DNA of 24,413 bases from positions 1 to 24,413 of IMG/VR virus record IMGVR_UViG_3300027764_000031; one strand, 5' to 3'. This stretch comes from a virus (taxonomy: Duplodnaviria > Caudoviricetes). A program made the position numbers and the translations under genes. The notes under the pieces were generated by a model. The model saw only the letters and a list, made by a program, of their open reading frames with translations, was not told the DNA's origin and made no database searches. Positions 14,941 to 24,264 of the stretch are shown here, piece after piece; positions within the stretch are counted from its first letter, which is position 1; every line of letters begins with the position of its first letter.

Positions 14941-15420
14941 TTAGAGTGCGGGAGGAGTTGGATTGGTCACGAGCGTGACCGGTGATGGGTTAGATGCGAC
15001 ATAGAAGATTTTGATGTTGACGGTGCAGACAAACACGCCGTACTCTGTGCCTTCGCTGCCCATGTCGTAGGCCATATTCGTGCCGTCAATGCGGATGCTT
15101 TGGATCACCATCGGGCTGTTGGTTGTGGTTGCGATCGATCCGAACGAGCCGTAAAGATCGACCCGCACTTGATCTGCGATGTTGGTTGCTTGCGCCAAAT
15201 TTGAACTGACACAATCAACGGCAATGGTTGCGACCCGCAAGCGGTCTGAGCCGCTGAGTGTCGGGCTTAGTGAGTTGTCGCTCTGTGTTCCGACGACAAT
15301 AAACGGCGCTGATGTTGTCGGCGTGACAAATGATTGGAATATCTTTTGCGAACTGCCCACAGCCGTGATGACGCTGGTCGACTGCTGCAATGCCAGATGG
15401 ATGGCTTCTACGAATTTCAT
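14941..15420 (-). CDS. Tail completion/terminator protein
   Basis: APFIV...IAVDCVS...IADQVRVDL; canonical position. Confidence 0.75.
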   Translation of the reverse strand: MKFVEAIHLALQQSTSVITAVGSSQKIFQSFVTPTTSAPFIVVGTQSDNSLSPTLSGSDRLRVATIAVDCVSSNLAQATNIADQVRVDLYGSFGSIATTTNSPMVIQSIRIDGTNMAYDMGSEGTEYGVFVCTVNIKIFYVASNPSPVTLVTNPTPPAL

Positions 15421-15956
15421 CGGTGCGCCTTATTGATCTCTTTTGCAACTCGCGCAAAGACCTTCTCAAGTCCGTATCCGATGTCCTCGGTGAATTTGGC
15501 GTTGATGGCTGAGCCGTACATTTGGAAAAACTTCTCAAATACTTTCCATCCCCGATATGCGCGTGATGGATCTTTATAGCGGCCGTGCTCGATGAGCCAG
15601 GAGTTTTGCGTGCTGCCCCAAATGCGCGCCCACACAGTCGCATCTTTCTTACCAATGTTTTTTGGTCTGATTTGATGGCTCCAAATATTGTGCGCAATGT
15701 TGATGCGGCTCTCTTTGATCGGATGCATCGGCTGATGCTTCTTGGCACGCCAGCGCCACGACTTCTGCGCGTCGGTCTGATTGAGATCGTTCTTGCCAAC
15801 AAAACCGCCGTACATTTCAGAGAGTCTGTCTCGCGGCTTAGTCAACGCTTTGATCTCAGACTTGTTCAATATCTTGTAGATGTCCTCATCACGCAGAGTC
15901 TTCATCTGCTCAAGAAATTCATCCAAGCCTTTGATAATTCTGCCACTGCTCGCCAT
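15417..15956 (-). CDS. HK97 gp10-like neck/tail component
   Basis: IKGLDEF N-terminus, WLIEHG motif, basic composition; start at ATG 15956 (GAGGTGG RBS, TAATG overlap). Confidence 0.75.
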   Translation of the reverse strand: MASSGRIIKGLDEFLEQMKTLRDEDIYKILNKSEIKALTKPRDRLSEMYGGFVGKNDLNQTDAQKSWRWRAKKHQPMHPIKESRINIAHNIWSHQIRPKNIGKKDATVWARIWGSTQNSWLIEHGRYKDPSRAYRGWKVFEKFFQMYGSAINAKFTEDIGYGLEKVFARVAKEINKAHR

Positions 15957-16309
15957 TACGAATCCACCTCTCGGCACTGCATGATGAGCGTGTGCCCTGC
16001 TGACTTGTAATCGACGATGGACACGATCTCGAATGTGGTGCTGATTGTCGTGCCTGTTTCCGCAGAGCGACTCAGACTTGCGGTGAAGCGGTCGTAGTTG
16101 TTAATGCCCGGGTAGAAGTTTGTTGTGATCTGATGCGTGACGATCTGTTGCAGCGCCATGTGGTTGGTCTTCTCCACCGCGCTCGAGTCTTTGATCTCGC
16201 CAAAGATTGTGTCGCCAGTCGTGTAGGTGTAGGTCGGCGTGCCAAAAGATCCGAGCGCCTGCGTGCGGGTCTTGATCACAAGCGGAGTCCGCATCATGCC
16301 GCTGTTCAT
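15956..16309 (-). CDS. Head closure/head-tail adaptor
   Basis: MNSGMMRTPLVIK...THQIT...FEIVSI...LIMQCRE. Confidence 0.85.
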   Translation of the reverse strand: MNSGMMRTPLVIKTRTQALGSFGTPTYTYTTGDTIFGEIKDSSAVEKTNHMALQQIVTHQITTNFYPGINNYDRFTASLSRSAETGTTISTTFEIVSIVDYKSAGHTLIMQCREVDS

Positions 16310-16962
16310 TGGTACTCACCCGACTTGTATTGAGCGATGAGCGCGGAGATGGTGTGTGGCACGGCGTACTGTTGACCCGGTGACAGCGTGGATCTGTAAT
16401 CGTATAGCGTCGAGCACATCATCAAGATGGCGTGCTTGAGTGCGATCGGGATCGCAGTTGCACTAGAGCCGTGACCAGCCACATAGACAACCGTAACCAC
16501 GCCTGCGCCGCCGCCGACGAGTGATGGCCATGACTTGCCGTCTAGTAATTGAATGCGTCCAATGCCGTTGTATGACTTCACGGTGTAGTCGGTTGACGCT
16601 GAAAGCGTCTGTGTATTGCCGTCGGTGTCGACATACTGCACGCTCGTCACGCTGACTAGCGGCGAGCGCGGCAGTGCGATCTCGTATGACGAGCCGTTGT
16701 AGACCTCGCCGCTCGAGCCTTGGACTGGCGTGTTGGTTGGGAACGAGTCGTAGACCGAGGTGAATGTCGTGTTTGGGATTGCGATGCCGCAATAGTTCTC
16801 GATCATCTGTCGGGCTGTCGTAATGATTGATGTCGACCCGCTGGTGCTGGCTTGGATATATGTGTCGTCTAGTGAGTGAAAGACACGAAGGTGAATTTTG
16901 CATTGCGAAGTCGAGATCGGCTCGAAACTCGGAGCGGTTGTGATCGTGGTGTTGACTCTCAT
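16306..16962 (-). CDS. Head-tail connector (gp6-like)
   Basis: EPIS...KIHLRV...DDTYI...TARQMIENYC...LPRSPLVSVTSVQY...IPIALKHAILM; start at ATG 16962. Confidence 0.85.
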   Translation of the reverse strand: MRVNTTITTAPSFEPISTSQCKIHLRVFHSLDDTYIQASTSGSTSIITTARQMIENYCGIAIPNTTFTSVYDSFPTNTPVQGSSGEVYNGSSYEIALPRSPLVSVTSVQYVDTDGNTQTLSASTDYTVKSYNGIGRIQLLDGKSWPSLVGGGAGVVTVVYVAGHGSSATAIPIALKHAILMMCSTLYDYRSTLSPGQQYAVPHTISALIAQYKSGEYQ

Positions 16963-17159
16963 CGCGGTGTCGCTCCCTTCTTCACAGCCTTGCACGGCAC
17001 GGCCCGCGAGCAGCACTGCACATCGTCGGCATCTGCACGCTCGGCGTAACCGAGTGCGAGCCACTCGATCGCTGTGCGCTCGTCAACAGAGATGACTTCG
17101 CCCGGCGCGTGAACGCCAGTCGCTGTCACAACTCCTTGAATCATCTTCACATTTCGCAT
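16959..17159 (-). CDS. Small post-capsid protein (66 aa)
   Basis: MRNVKM...PGEVISVDERTAIEWLALGYAE; GAGGA RBS. Confidence 0.7.
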   Translation of the reverse strand: MRNVKMIQGVVTATGVHAPGEVISVDERTAIEWLALGYAERADADDVQCCSRAVPCKAVKKGATPR

Positions 17160-17160
17160 A

Positions 17161-17194
17161 AATCCTCGGCTCGCATTTCTGCGAGCCGAGGGTT
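17161..17194 (-). terminator. Strong hairpin after the capsid gene, overlapping the next RBS
   Basis: CCTCGGCTCGCA-GAAA-TGCGAGCCGAGG perfect 12-bp stem, followed by ATTTATG. Confidence 0.7.
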
Positions 17195-17214
17195 GAGTCA
17201 AATCAATTCAGTGA

Positions 17215-18480
17215 TTACGCAGGGTTAGCGAAAACGCTAAATGCGTCTTTGAGCGTGATCGAAAAATCACAACGATTCGTGGCCAAATATCCAACTTGTC
17301 CCGACCCGGCGAAGATTTCTTTCATGACGCGCATGCTGTAAGTGCCGCGCTCTGCGAGAACGGAATAGTTTCCGAAGTCGCCGATCACGCCGATCTTTGC
17401 CAATGTCGCAGATGCCATCACTGGCATTGCCGCAGATGTGTAAACAGGAATACCGAGCAATCGATCTGGCTCACCGAGTGCGCCAGAGTTCTGCCAGAAG
17501 TATGAAACTGTTCCACCAACTGCACCAAGTTGTCGCAACTTGCTGAGAGTTGCATCGTGAACCAAGATGCTGGCATTCGTGCGGTATTGACGACCGAGCG
17601 AGTAAACCCAATCGATCACTTCAGAAGCGAGGATTGTGCTGTTTGTCGCACAAGTCTTGCCAGTGGCAATCGTGGTAGCCGCTGAACCTGTTCCCATCAA
17701 AGGATTGGTAGGGCCGCTGGTTGCGGCTGTTGGTCCAACAAACGCGGCTTCTTCCGCTTGTGCAAACAAACGAGCAAAAGACTCGGTGAGAATTGACTCG
17801 ATGCTGAATCCTGCGCCACGCGCTGGAGCATCTTCGACAAGTTCATTTGAGACCTTTAAGAGAGCAGTCAACTTCTTTGGTGTCAAAGTGATCTTGTCAA
17901 AAGTTTGACCAGTCTCCGTGATTGTGGCCCCTTCTGCGGCAAATGTCGCACTGCCCGCCGCGTTATCCACGGCAAACTCACGCGCATAACTGCCGATTGA
18001 GATCACCTTGGCAAGTTGACGGATAGCACACATCGTCTTCAGTCGTGTCGTTATGGCGTTATGAAACTCCAATGGAGGTAGGACCGTGCCCCCGCTTGCC
18101 TCGCTGATTGCGCGGATCTCCATCGGGTTGGTGTATTCACCGGATCGAAGGTATGAACTCCAAGCATTTCCGTACTCGGCTGTTTCCGTGTTGCGACCCG
18201 ACTTGTTGCTTGCATTCTCAGCACCGGGAAGATTGCGAACTTGTTTCGCAGACTCGGGAGCCTCAGCCTTGAAGCCCGCGCCAACATTCATCAACTCGTC
18301 GCTGCGTTGTCGTTGCGCTGTGAGTGATGCGTATTGCATCTTCAACGCGCTGTACTTCGCTTCGAGAGCGTCTGACATGCCTTCGCCGCTATCGTTCGCG
18401 TCGTCGCACATCTTCTTCATTTCGGCGTAGATCGCCCCCATTTTCTGAACCAGAGCCGCATATCCACTATCGTTTGCCAT
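17215..18480 (-). CDS. Major capsid protein, HK97 fold, with N-terminal delta-like domain
   Basis: Coiled-coil N-terminus; RAISEASGGTVLP, AAEG, LTPKKL...KVSNELVED, RLLGIPVYTS, VIGDF..Y, RCDF. Confidence 0.92.
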   Translation of the reverse strand: MANDSGYAALVQKMGAIYAEMKKMCDDANDSGEGMSDALEAKYSALKMQYASLTAQRQRSDELMNVGAGFKAEAPESAKQVRNLPGAENASNKSGRNTETAEYGNAWSSYLRSGEYTNPMEIRAISEASGGTVLPPLEFHNAITTRLKTMCAIRQLAKVISIGSYAREFAVDNAAGSATFAAEGATITETGQTFDKITLTPKKLTALLKVSNELVEDAPARGAGFSIESILTESFARLFAQAEEAAFVGPTAATSGPTNPLMGTGSAATTIATGKTCATNSTILASEVIDWVYSLGRQYRTNASILVHDATLSKLRQLGAVGGTVSYFWQNSGALGEPDRLLGIPVYTSAAMPVMASATLAKIGVIGDFGNYSVLAERGTYSMRVMKEIFAGSGQVGYLATNRCDFSITLKDAFSVFANPA

Positions 18481-18579
18481 GATAAAATTCCTTCTTGTTG
18501 TGTCGAGCGAGAGTCGATTACCTCAACGCTGAGGCAACAGACACGCACGCTCGACGGTGAATGTCTGTGAAATAATTCA

Positions 18580-19722
18580 TTAAGAGAGTCCGTAAGCCAT
18601 TGCAGCCTTTACATCTGCGAGAACGCCAGCGCAGCGCATGGAAACAATCAGAGCCGTCTGATCATTTTCTGCAAATGTTTCGCCTAGTTTTGTGACTGTT
18701 GCGCCTTCGCTGCTTGAAACAAATAGATATCGTGTGAGATCCGCAAGGATTGCCATCGGCTCCTGACCGCTGGCAATTACTGCATTGCCAGTGTTTGAGA
18801 TGCTCATATCTTGCAAACACCAAGGCACGCCAAACACTTTGCGATCGCTGCCGTATGCAAATGCCGCTTGTGCATTTGTGGCTGAGACGATCTGTGTTCC
18901 TTGAACTCCAGTAGTAGCCGTGGTTCGACCAAGTTGGGAATTAAGAATCAGTGTCGCTCGGTTGAAATACTGAGTCGGGAATGTTTGAGCGTTTGTGTTT
19001 CCAAACAGAATTGACTGAATGCTGTCACGCACCGCTGTGCTGCTGAGACCATTGTTGAAATCACTTGTCGGGTATTGCCGACTGTATCGCCTGCATGTTG
19101 AGTAGATGCCGTGGCATGAATCAGATCCGACCGTGCTCGCCGTTCCTTGGGTCTGTGTTCCTGTCGCATTGCCAACAAGAATCTGCTTGACAATTTGAGT
19201 TGAAATATCTGCGGCCGCTTGGCGCACAATGAAACTCTCGACGCTTGCGTCGCCTTGCCCGACCGAATCCTCGAGCAACTCGTTCGACACTTTCACCATC
19301 ACGCTGATGCGCTTGAGCGCCAGCGTAGATGTCGCCGTGCCCGATGTCGTCGTGCCCGGTAGCGCAATCGTTGGAACGGTCACTGTGGTCTGCGATGTTG
19401 CTGTGGCATCGATGATTGTGCCCGCTTCGCCAGGGTTCTTTTGCAAACTGAACCCGCCCTGCAAAGCCACTGGAGTCAGGATTGGGATTGAGAAGGTGGA
19501 CGACTTAATCACCATCTTTTGCACTTGACCAAGGATTTGGTCGTCGCCCAACGCTTCCATAAACTTGTTGGAATAGATGGTCGGGAATAGGACAGTGCCG
19601 CCGCTGGTCTCGCTGAGAGCACGCAACTCAGAGTCGGTCATGCCCTTAGCGCCACGCAATAAATAATTCTTGAAAAGGTGGCCGTATTCTTCGCCGCCAC
19701 GGTCGAGTTGGTTCTTGTTCAT
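18580..19722 (-). CDS. Second HK97-fold capsid paralog lacking the delta-like domain
   Basis: RALSETSGGTVLFP, LALKRI..MVKVSNELLED, KVFGVPW, ILADLTRY, MRCAG; AAGGAG RBS. Confidence 0.85.
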   Translation of the reverse strand: MNKNQLDRGGEEYGHLFKNYLLRGAKGMTDSELRALSETSGGTVLFPTIYSNKFMEALGDDQILGQVQKMVIKSSTFSIPILTPVALQGGFSLQKNPGEAGTIIDATATSQTTVTVPTIALPGTTTSGTATSTLALKRISVMVKVSNELLEDSVGQGDASVESFIVRQAAADISTQIVKQILVGNATGTQTQGTASTVGSDSCHGIYSTCRRYSRQYPTSDFNNGLSSTAVRDSIQSILFGNTNAQTFPTQYFNRATLILNSQLGRTTATTGVQGTQIVSATNAQAAFAYGSDRKVFGVPWCLQDMSISNTGNAVIASGQEPMAILADLTRYLFVSSSEGATVTKLGETFAENDQTALIVSMRCAGVLADVKAAMAYGLS

Positions 19723-19877
19723 AATTCAAACTCCTTGCGTGTATAAAAGAAAACACGCAGCAAAATGCGGAAGGTCTAAGTACGCATCGGGCCAGCGTGC
19801 TCTCGGGGAGTTCGCGGAAGTCCGCTCTCGTGATCGATCAGCGTCTGGCGCCGTCGGTCGAGGCTCTATTCAGTTAT

Positions 19878-19911
19878 GACCCCATTATCTCAAGCGGATT
19901 TTCGCTCGCAA
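19878..19911 (-). promoter_or_regulatory. Phage-specific promoter copy 3 (capsid operon)
   Basis: TTGCGAGCGAAAAT (19911-19898); TTGCGA-N16-GATAAT-N6, predicted +1 at 19877. Confidence 0.75.
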
Positions 19912-19921
19912 GGGGTCTAGA

Positions 19922-20476
19922 TCAAAATTGTGGAGGGAGATAGATCTTTCGTTTCTTGGCTTTCGGTTGTTCGGCTCGGGCTTCGACGCTGGTTGCGGGG
20001 TTGGCGGGAAATGTCACGACCGACACCTCGAGCAACTTGGCGAGTTGCACAACTCGCGTGCCTTTGGTTTCGCCCTTGATCGGTGGCTCGTAGGTTTCCT
20101 TCAGGCAGATAAACCCGAATGAGCACTGCGTCACAATGCCTGCACGCACCAGCGCGTGCGCTTCCTCGCTTGTGTCGGTGTCGGGCAGATCGCACTCAAA
20201 GCACAGACCCGAACGATCGGAGTAGACCTTGAGGTTGCCTGCGCTCACGCGACCCATTGGCTTGGCGGTGTCGTGGTTCCACAGCAAGGCGATCTTGTCG
20301 CCGTCGGCTTTGATCGATGCGTCAAAGCAGGTCGGCTCGAGTCGCTCGTAGCAGTTGCCCATGTCGTAGCGTTCCCAATTTGCGGCGATGCCGTTGAGTC
20401 GTAGCGGCTCACCGGGCTGCGGTTCGGTTTGCTCGATGCGTACTGCGCCAGCCTTGCGTGTTTCGATGTTGCTCAT
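19922..20476 (-). CDS. HK97-type prohead maturation protease
   Basis: LLWNHD, CSFGF, EVSVVTFPA; start at ATG 20476 (AAGGAG RBS, ATGA overlap). Confidence 0.92.
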   Translation of the reverse strand: MSNIETRKAGAVRIEQTEPQPGEPLRLNGIAANWERYDMGNCYERLEPTCFDASIKADGDKIALLWNHDTAKPMGRVSAGNLKVYSDRSGLCFECDLPDTDTSEEAHALVRAGIVTQCSFGFICLKETYEPPIKGETKGTRVVQLAKLLEVSVVTFPANPATSVEARAEQPKAKKRKIYLPPQF

Positions 20477-22191
20477 AGTTGCTCCTTGTTGGTTTGAATG
20501 AGTTCTTGAATCAGGCGCGTGGCGAGAGCCACGGCCGTCTCGGTGTGTCCTGTGTTGTGCCAGTCTGCATTGCGTGCCTCGGTCTTGATCGACTCGGCGA
20601 ATGCGTTGGCGATGGCAATGCCGTCGCTTGCGCGGTCGCTGTGACCTTGGAGAACAAGTAGCCCGCGCATGATCGGTGCGATCTCGCTGGCGATGCGTGC
20701 GACATCGGGTATCCACTTGGATACCTTTTCTTTTGTGCGGCAACCTTTGAGATACTTGGCTTCTGCTTCAGTGCATCTTGTCATCGCCGCAAGCGCCGAC
20801 GGATAGAAAAGATCGACTGCACGGTCAAGTGGATTGACGGTTGACTTCAACTCAGTCGGCTCAATGTCGACCGACGCTGGCACAACATCCGACGGCGACT
20901 GCTCAAACTGTGCTTCGGTTTCAGTTGTTACATTCGGCGAAGCAGGTGCAGCCGCCGTCGGTGTGCTCGTGTTCAGAGGCAGTCGGATCGACTCGCCGCC
21001 TTCGACGGCGGGCAATCCTTCTCGCGCTCTGATTTCGTTGGGGGTCAAGATGCCGTTGGTGACGGCAACGGCATACGCGCTGAAGCGTGTGCTCATGTCG
21101 CCGCGCAACAGATCATCGAATGAGATGCGGGTCGTGACATCATCGCCACGCCTGATCAATTTGCGATTGACTTCTTGCTCAAGTCGAGCCGCCCAACCCG
21201 CTAGCGTGCTCTGCACGAAAACAGCGTTGGCTTGTTCGGCTGACGAGTAGGACACGCCGTCGTTGTCGCCGACGCGATGCGACGGCACATTGAATGCGGC
21301 CGCAATCTGTTGGCGGCAAAACTTCTTCATGCTGTCGAGGTCGCTGTCCTTAGCGTTGGTGCTGATTGCGTCGTACTTGAGACCTTCCTCAAGAATTGCA
21401 ACCTTGCCCGCGCCTTGTGCGCCCGAATGCACGCGAGCGAATGCCTCGCGCAATCTGTTCGCACCTTCTGCGCTCAGTCTGCCCGGCATGGAGAGCACGC
21501 CAGCGGGTCGACAGTTGTTGGCAAAGAATCGAGATGTGAACTCTTGCAACTCCAACTCCATGCCGATCAGGTCGCGCATGCGATGGATTGCCGCTTCGCC
21601 AAGTATGCCGTCTGCGCCCGGCCCGACAATATGCAATATGTCGTAAGGGCGGAAAGTGCGATTGATGATGTCTGCTGATGCGTTCTCTCCCGTGACCTTG
21701 CCGCTCCAGTATTTATAAAATGGTTGATTCTGCGGGTCTCGCATTAAATAACATAGGTCCGGCCGGAGCCGTTCTAAGGCAATTGGCAAACCTGACGCAG
21801 AGCGTGAAATGTACGCAAACGAGTTGCCATAGAGCAAGCAATCCGAAATCTGCGCCTCACGAAACACGAACGATGTCATGTCCTCGTTGGCTTCGCAGTT
21901 GAGCAGCTGGTACACAGGATGCGTCACATCATTGCTCGCGCCGTCTGCGCTGTTGCGCAGAACTTGCCACGGCATGCGAGCCAGCGTCTGCGAGATCAAT
22001 CGCACGCAGGCGTAAACGGTCGGAGCCTCCATTGCGTTGTCGGGCGAAATGGTCTTGCCAGTCCACGCCCACGATGAGACATACGACTGGATGCCGCCTG
22101 AGATCGGTTGACCGATTGGAGTTGTGTCCTCAAACATAGATCGAGGCGGTGCTTTGCCGAGTGCGCGTGTGATGAGATCGATTAGACCCAT
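20473..22191 (-). CDS. HK97-family portal protein with a C-terminal extension
   Basis: VYACVRLIS, LLYGNSFA, FFANNCRPAGVL, ILEEGLKY, IAAAFNVP, LLRGD, TPNEIRAREGLP; start at ATG 22191. Confidence 0.95.
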   Translation of the reverse strand: MGLIDLITRALGKAPPRSMFEDTTPIGQPISGGIQSYVSSWAWTGKTISPDNAMEAPTVYACVRLISQTLARMPWQVLRNSADGASNDVTHPVYQLLNCEANEDMTSFVFREAQISDCLLYGNSFAYISRSASGLPIALERLRPDLCYLMRDPQNQPFYKYWSGKVTGENASADIINRTFRPYDILHIVGPGADGILGEAAIHRMRDLIGMELELQEFTSRFFANNCRPAGVLSMPGRLSAEGANRLREAFARVHSGAQGAGKVAILEEGLKYDAISTNAKDSDLDSMKKFCRQQIAAAFNVPSHRVGDNDGVSYSSAEQANAVFVQSTLAGWAARLEQEVNRKLIRRGDDVTTRISFDDLLRGDMSTRFSAYAVAVTNGILTPNEIRAREGLPAVEGGESIRLPLNTSTPTAAAPASPNVTTETEAQFEQSPSDVVPASVDIEPTELKSTVNPLDRAVDLFYPSALAAMTRCTEAEAKYLKGCRTKEKVSKWIPDVARIASEIAPIMRGLLVLQGHSDRASDGIAIANAFAESIKTEARNADWHNTGHTETAVALATRLIQELIQTNKEQL

Positions 22192-23855
22192 TGCATATTT
22201 CCTTCTTCGTAGATTGATGTCTTGTTGTCTGCGTCTTTGTGCACCATGCACGCCAACGCCGTGACGAGCGCGGCGATGCAATCGATGCGCTCCGTCGAAC
22301 TGCTTTTCGATGGTTTGATATTGCCTGCGGGATCGGTGTCGATCATCGTGTTGGCCATGCACCAGTCGGCGACTGGATGCGCGGCGTGCTTTAACTTCTT
22401 GCCGAGGACAAGTGCCTCGAGTGCTTTAGAACCTTCTGAGAGACTGCGATAACCTTGTCGCACTTCAAGCATTGGCAGACCTTCCTGTTGCAACCCGACG
22501 GCGAATTGCGTTGCATTCCAAGGGTCGTAGCCGACTGCCTTCACCGAGCGTGCGATCTTTGATATGTCGCGGATCTTCTGCGCCACATATTCGTAATCGA
22601 CGACATCGCCCGGCGTGGCAATCAGTGAGCCTTGCGAAGCCCAAGTGTCATAGGGAACTCGATCAACCCGCGCTCGTCTGCGGATGCCGTTCTCGGGACA
22701 GAATGCGTATGAAAGAAATGCGACATTCTCATCTTCGTCAACATTGATCACAGCCACGGAACTCAAGTCCGTCGTGGTGGACAAGTCGCATGCAATTATG
22801 ATGTCCTTGCCCGCAAAGTATTGCTCATCAATCTCAGGCGCGGCGCACGCGGCCCACGACTCGAGCGAGATCCAGCGCTTCTTTGTTTCTGTCCACTGGC
22901 AGAGATACAACTGCCTGAAGGCTATTTCGTGTCCTGGCAACTCCTGCGCCTTCTCGCATTCGCTTTGCAAGAATGATTCTTCAACGCTCACGCCGAGATT
23001 CGGATTCGCCGCACGCCACACCGCTGGCGATTTCCAGTCTGCATCTTTGTCCGCGCCGAACAGCACTGGCAAGTGCGAGCGATCCACCACAGTGCCCGAG
23101 CGCACCTTCTCCGCAAATTCTCTTTGCTGATAGCACAGCGAGTGCTTGTCATGGCCCGCAGTGGTGATCGCAATCGAGAGCGGCTCTTGTCGTGCGCCGA
23201 CTCCAGTCTGCATCGCATCCCACAGATCACGATTTGGAGCCGTGTGCAACTCGTCGTAGATGATGCACGATGGACTCTTGCCGTGCTTCGTGCCAGCGTC
23301 CGCGCTCAAGATTTCAATCTTGCCGTTGTTCTTTGAGCATGTGATCGTGTTGCGATAGATCTCGAGCACGCTCGACAACGCAGGACACGCACGGATCATC
23401 GCCTTGCATGCGTCGCCGACGATGGCCGCTTGATCTCGACTTGATGCACAGCAGTAAACTTCAGGGCTATTTTCGCCGCTGGCGAGCAACGACCACAGCG
23501 CAAGGCCCGCGCAGAGTTGACTTTTCCCCTGCTTTCTTGCCACTTCGATGTATGCCGAGCGATAGCGGCGCGTGCCGTCGGCGCGTTGCCAGCCGATCAA
23601 GTTGCCGACGATCGCCTTTTGCCACGCCTGCAACTCGAAGGGCTGACCAGCCCACTTGCCTTTAGTGTGTTGCAACGCCTGCGCAAAGAATGCGAAAGCC
23701 GCGTCGGCTTTTGATTGCACGAAGTGATCGCCGTCGCCCGCAGTCGCGACTGCGTCGTAGCCGGGCAAGTCGTATCGCTTAGGATCCGAACTTGAACAGG
23801 TTTTTGATCGTGTCTTCTTTGCTATCGCCAGCGGCTTTCTGACCTTGAAGTGCAA
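22182..23855 (-). CDS. terL: Terminase large subunit (start uncertain: TTG 23855 or TTG 23768)
   Basis: Walker A ARKQGKS, Walker B IIYDELH, ITTAG, CDLSTTTDLS, YDPWNA, RIDCIAA. Confidence 0.95.
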   Translation of the reverse strand: MHFKVRKPLAIAKKTRSKTCSSSDPKRYDLPGYDAVATAGDGDHFVQSKADAAFAFFAQALQHTKGKWAGQPFELQAWQKAIVGNLIGWQRADGTRRYRSAYIEVARKQGKSQLCAGLALWSLLASGENSPEVYCCASSRDQAAIVGDACKAMIRACPALSSVLEIYRNTITCSKNNGKIEILSADAGTKHGKSPSCIIYDELHTAPNRDLWDAMQTGVGARQEPLSIAITTAGHDKHSLCYQQREFAEKVRSGTVVDRSHLPVLFGADKDADWKSPAVWRAANPNLGVSVEESFLQSECEKAQELPGHEIAFRQLYLCQWTETKKRWISLESWAACAAPEIDEQYFAGKDIIIACDLSTTTDLSSVAVINVDEDENVAFLSYAFCPENGIRRRARVDRVPYDTWASQGSLIATPGDVVDYEYVAQKIRDISKIARSVKAVGYDPWNATQFAVGLQQEGLPMLEVRQGYRSLSEGSKALEALVLGKKLKHAAHPVADWCMANTMIDTDPAGNIKPSKSSSTERIDCIAALVTALACMVHKDADNKTSIYEEGNMQWV

Positions 23856-24264
23856 CCCGACTCGAAGCAGTCAAACCGAAGTGAGTGATGATCCGCCACG
23901 CCGCGTCGCGCGACTCCCGACGCGCTCGTGCCCAAGGATTCATCATCGGTATGCCGCCTTTGCCCTCGATCACATCGCCACCTGACTTTACAGCCATGTG
24001 TGCGGCGTGCTCCCCGAGAGCAATTTCGTTTGCAAGCATGCTGACGGCGATGCCGTCTTGCTCCTTTAAAACGCCCAACTTCGTAATCTGTGACACGACG
24101 AGATCGAAGATTCTTTTGCTCTCGATGTTCTCAGTGATGCACGGCAACATTAGCGGTGCGCCATCAGTGCCGACAACTTCTGTCTTGGCACGACGGGCCC
24201 CGAGTCGCGATCCTCGAAGGGTCATGATTGATGTTGGTGTCGGAGCGGGGCCGCGTCGTCCCAT
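23779..24264 (-). CDS. terS: Terminase small subunit (P27-like)
   Basis: MGRRGPAPTPT..LRG...NPW...FGLTASSRV. Confidence 0.9.
   Translation of the reverse strand: MGRRGPAPTPTSIMTLRGSRLGARRAKTEVVGTDGAPLMLPCITENIESKRIFDLVVSQITKLGVLKEQDGIAVSMLANEIALGEHAAHMAVKSGGDVIEGKGGIPMMNPWARARRESRDAAWRIITHFGLTASSRVALQGQKAAGDSKEDTIKNLFKFGS

Noticed and set aside
18572-19728. TGAATTAT direct repeat flanking the first capsid gene as an insertion scar
   Set aside because: Only 8 bp, AT-rich, and overlapping start/stop contexts; no mobile-element features.
19922-22362. Longer N-termini given by the ORF track for the protease (20743) and portal (22362)
   Set aside because: They overlap upstream genes extensively; internal ATGs with RBSs at 20476 and 22191 fit better.
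23791-23798. TGTTCAAG near the terL start as a trans target of the hairpin loop
   Set aside because: A single 8-mer match in 24 kb is compatible with chance, and pairing does not extend.
23779-23810. terS-terL frameshift fusion at C-AAA-AAC to explain the missing ATG
   Set aside because: terL is in the +1 frame relative to terS, so a -1 slip would not join them; a TTG start is simpler.
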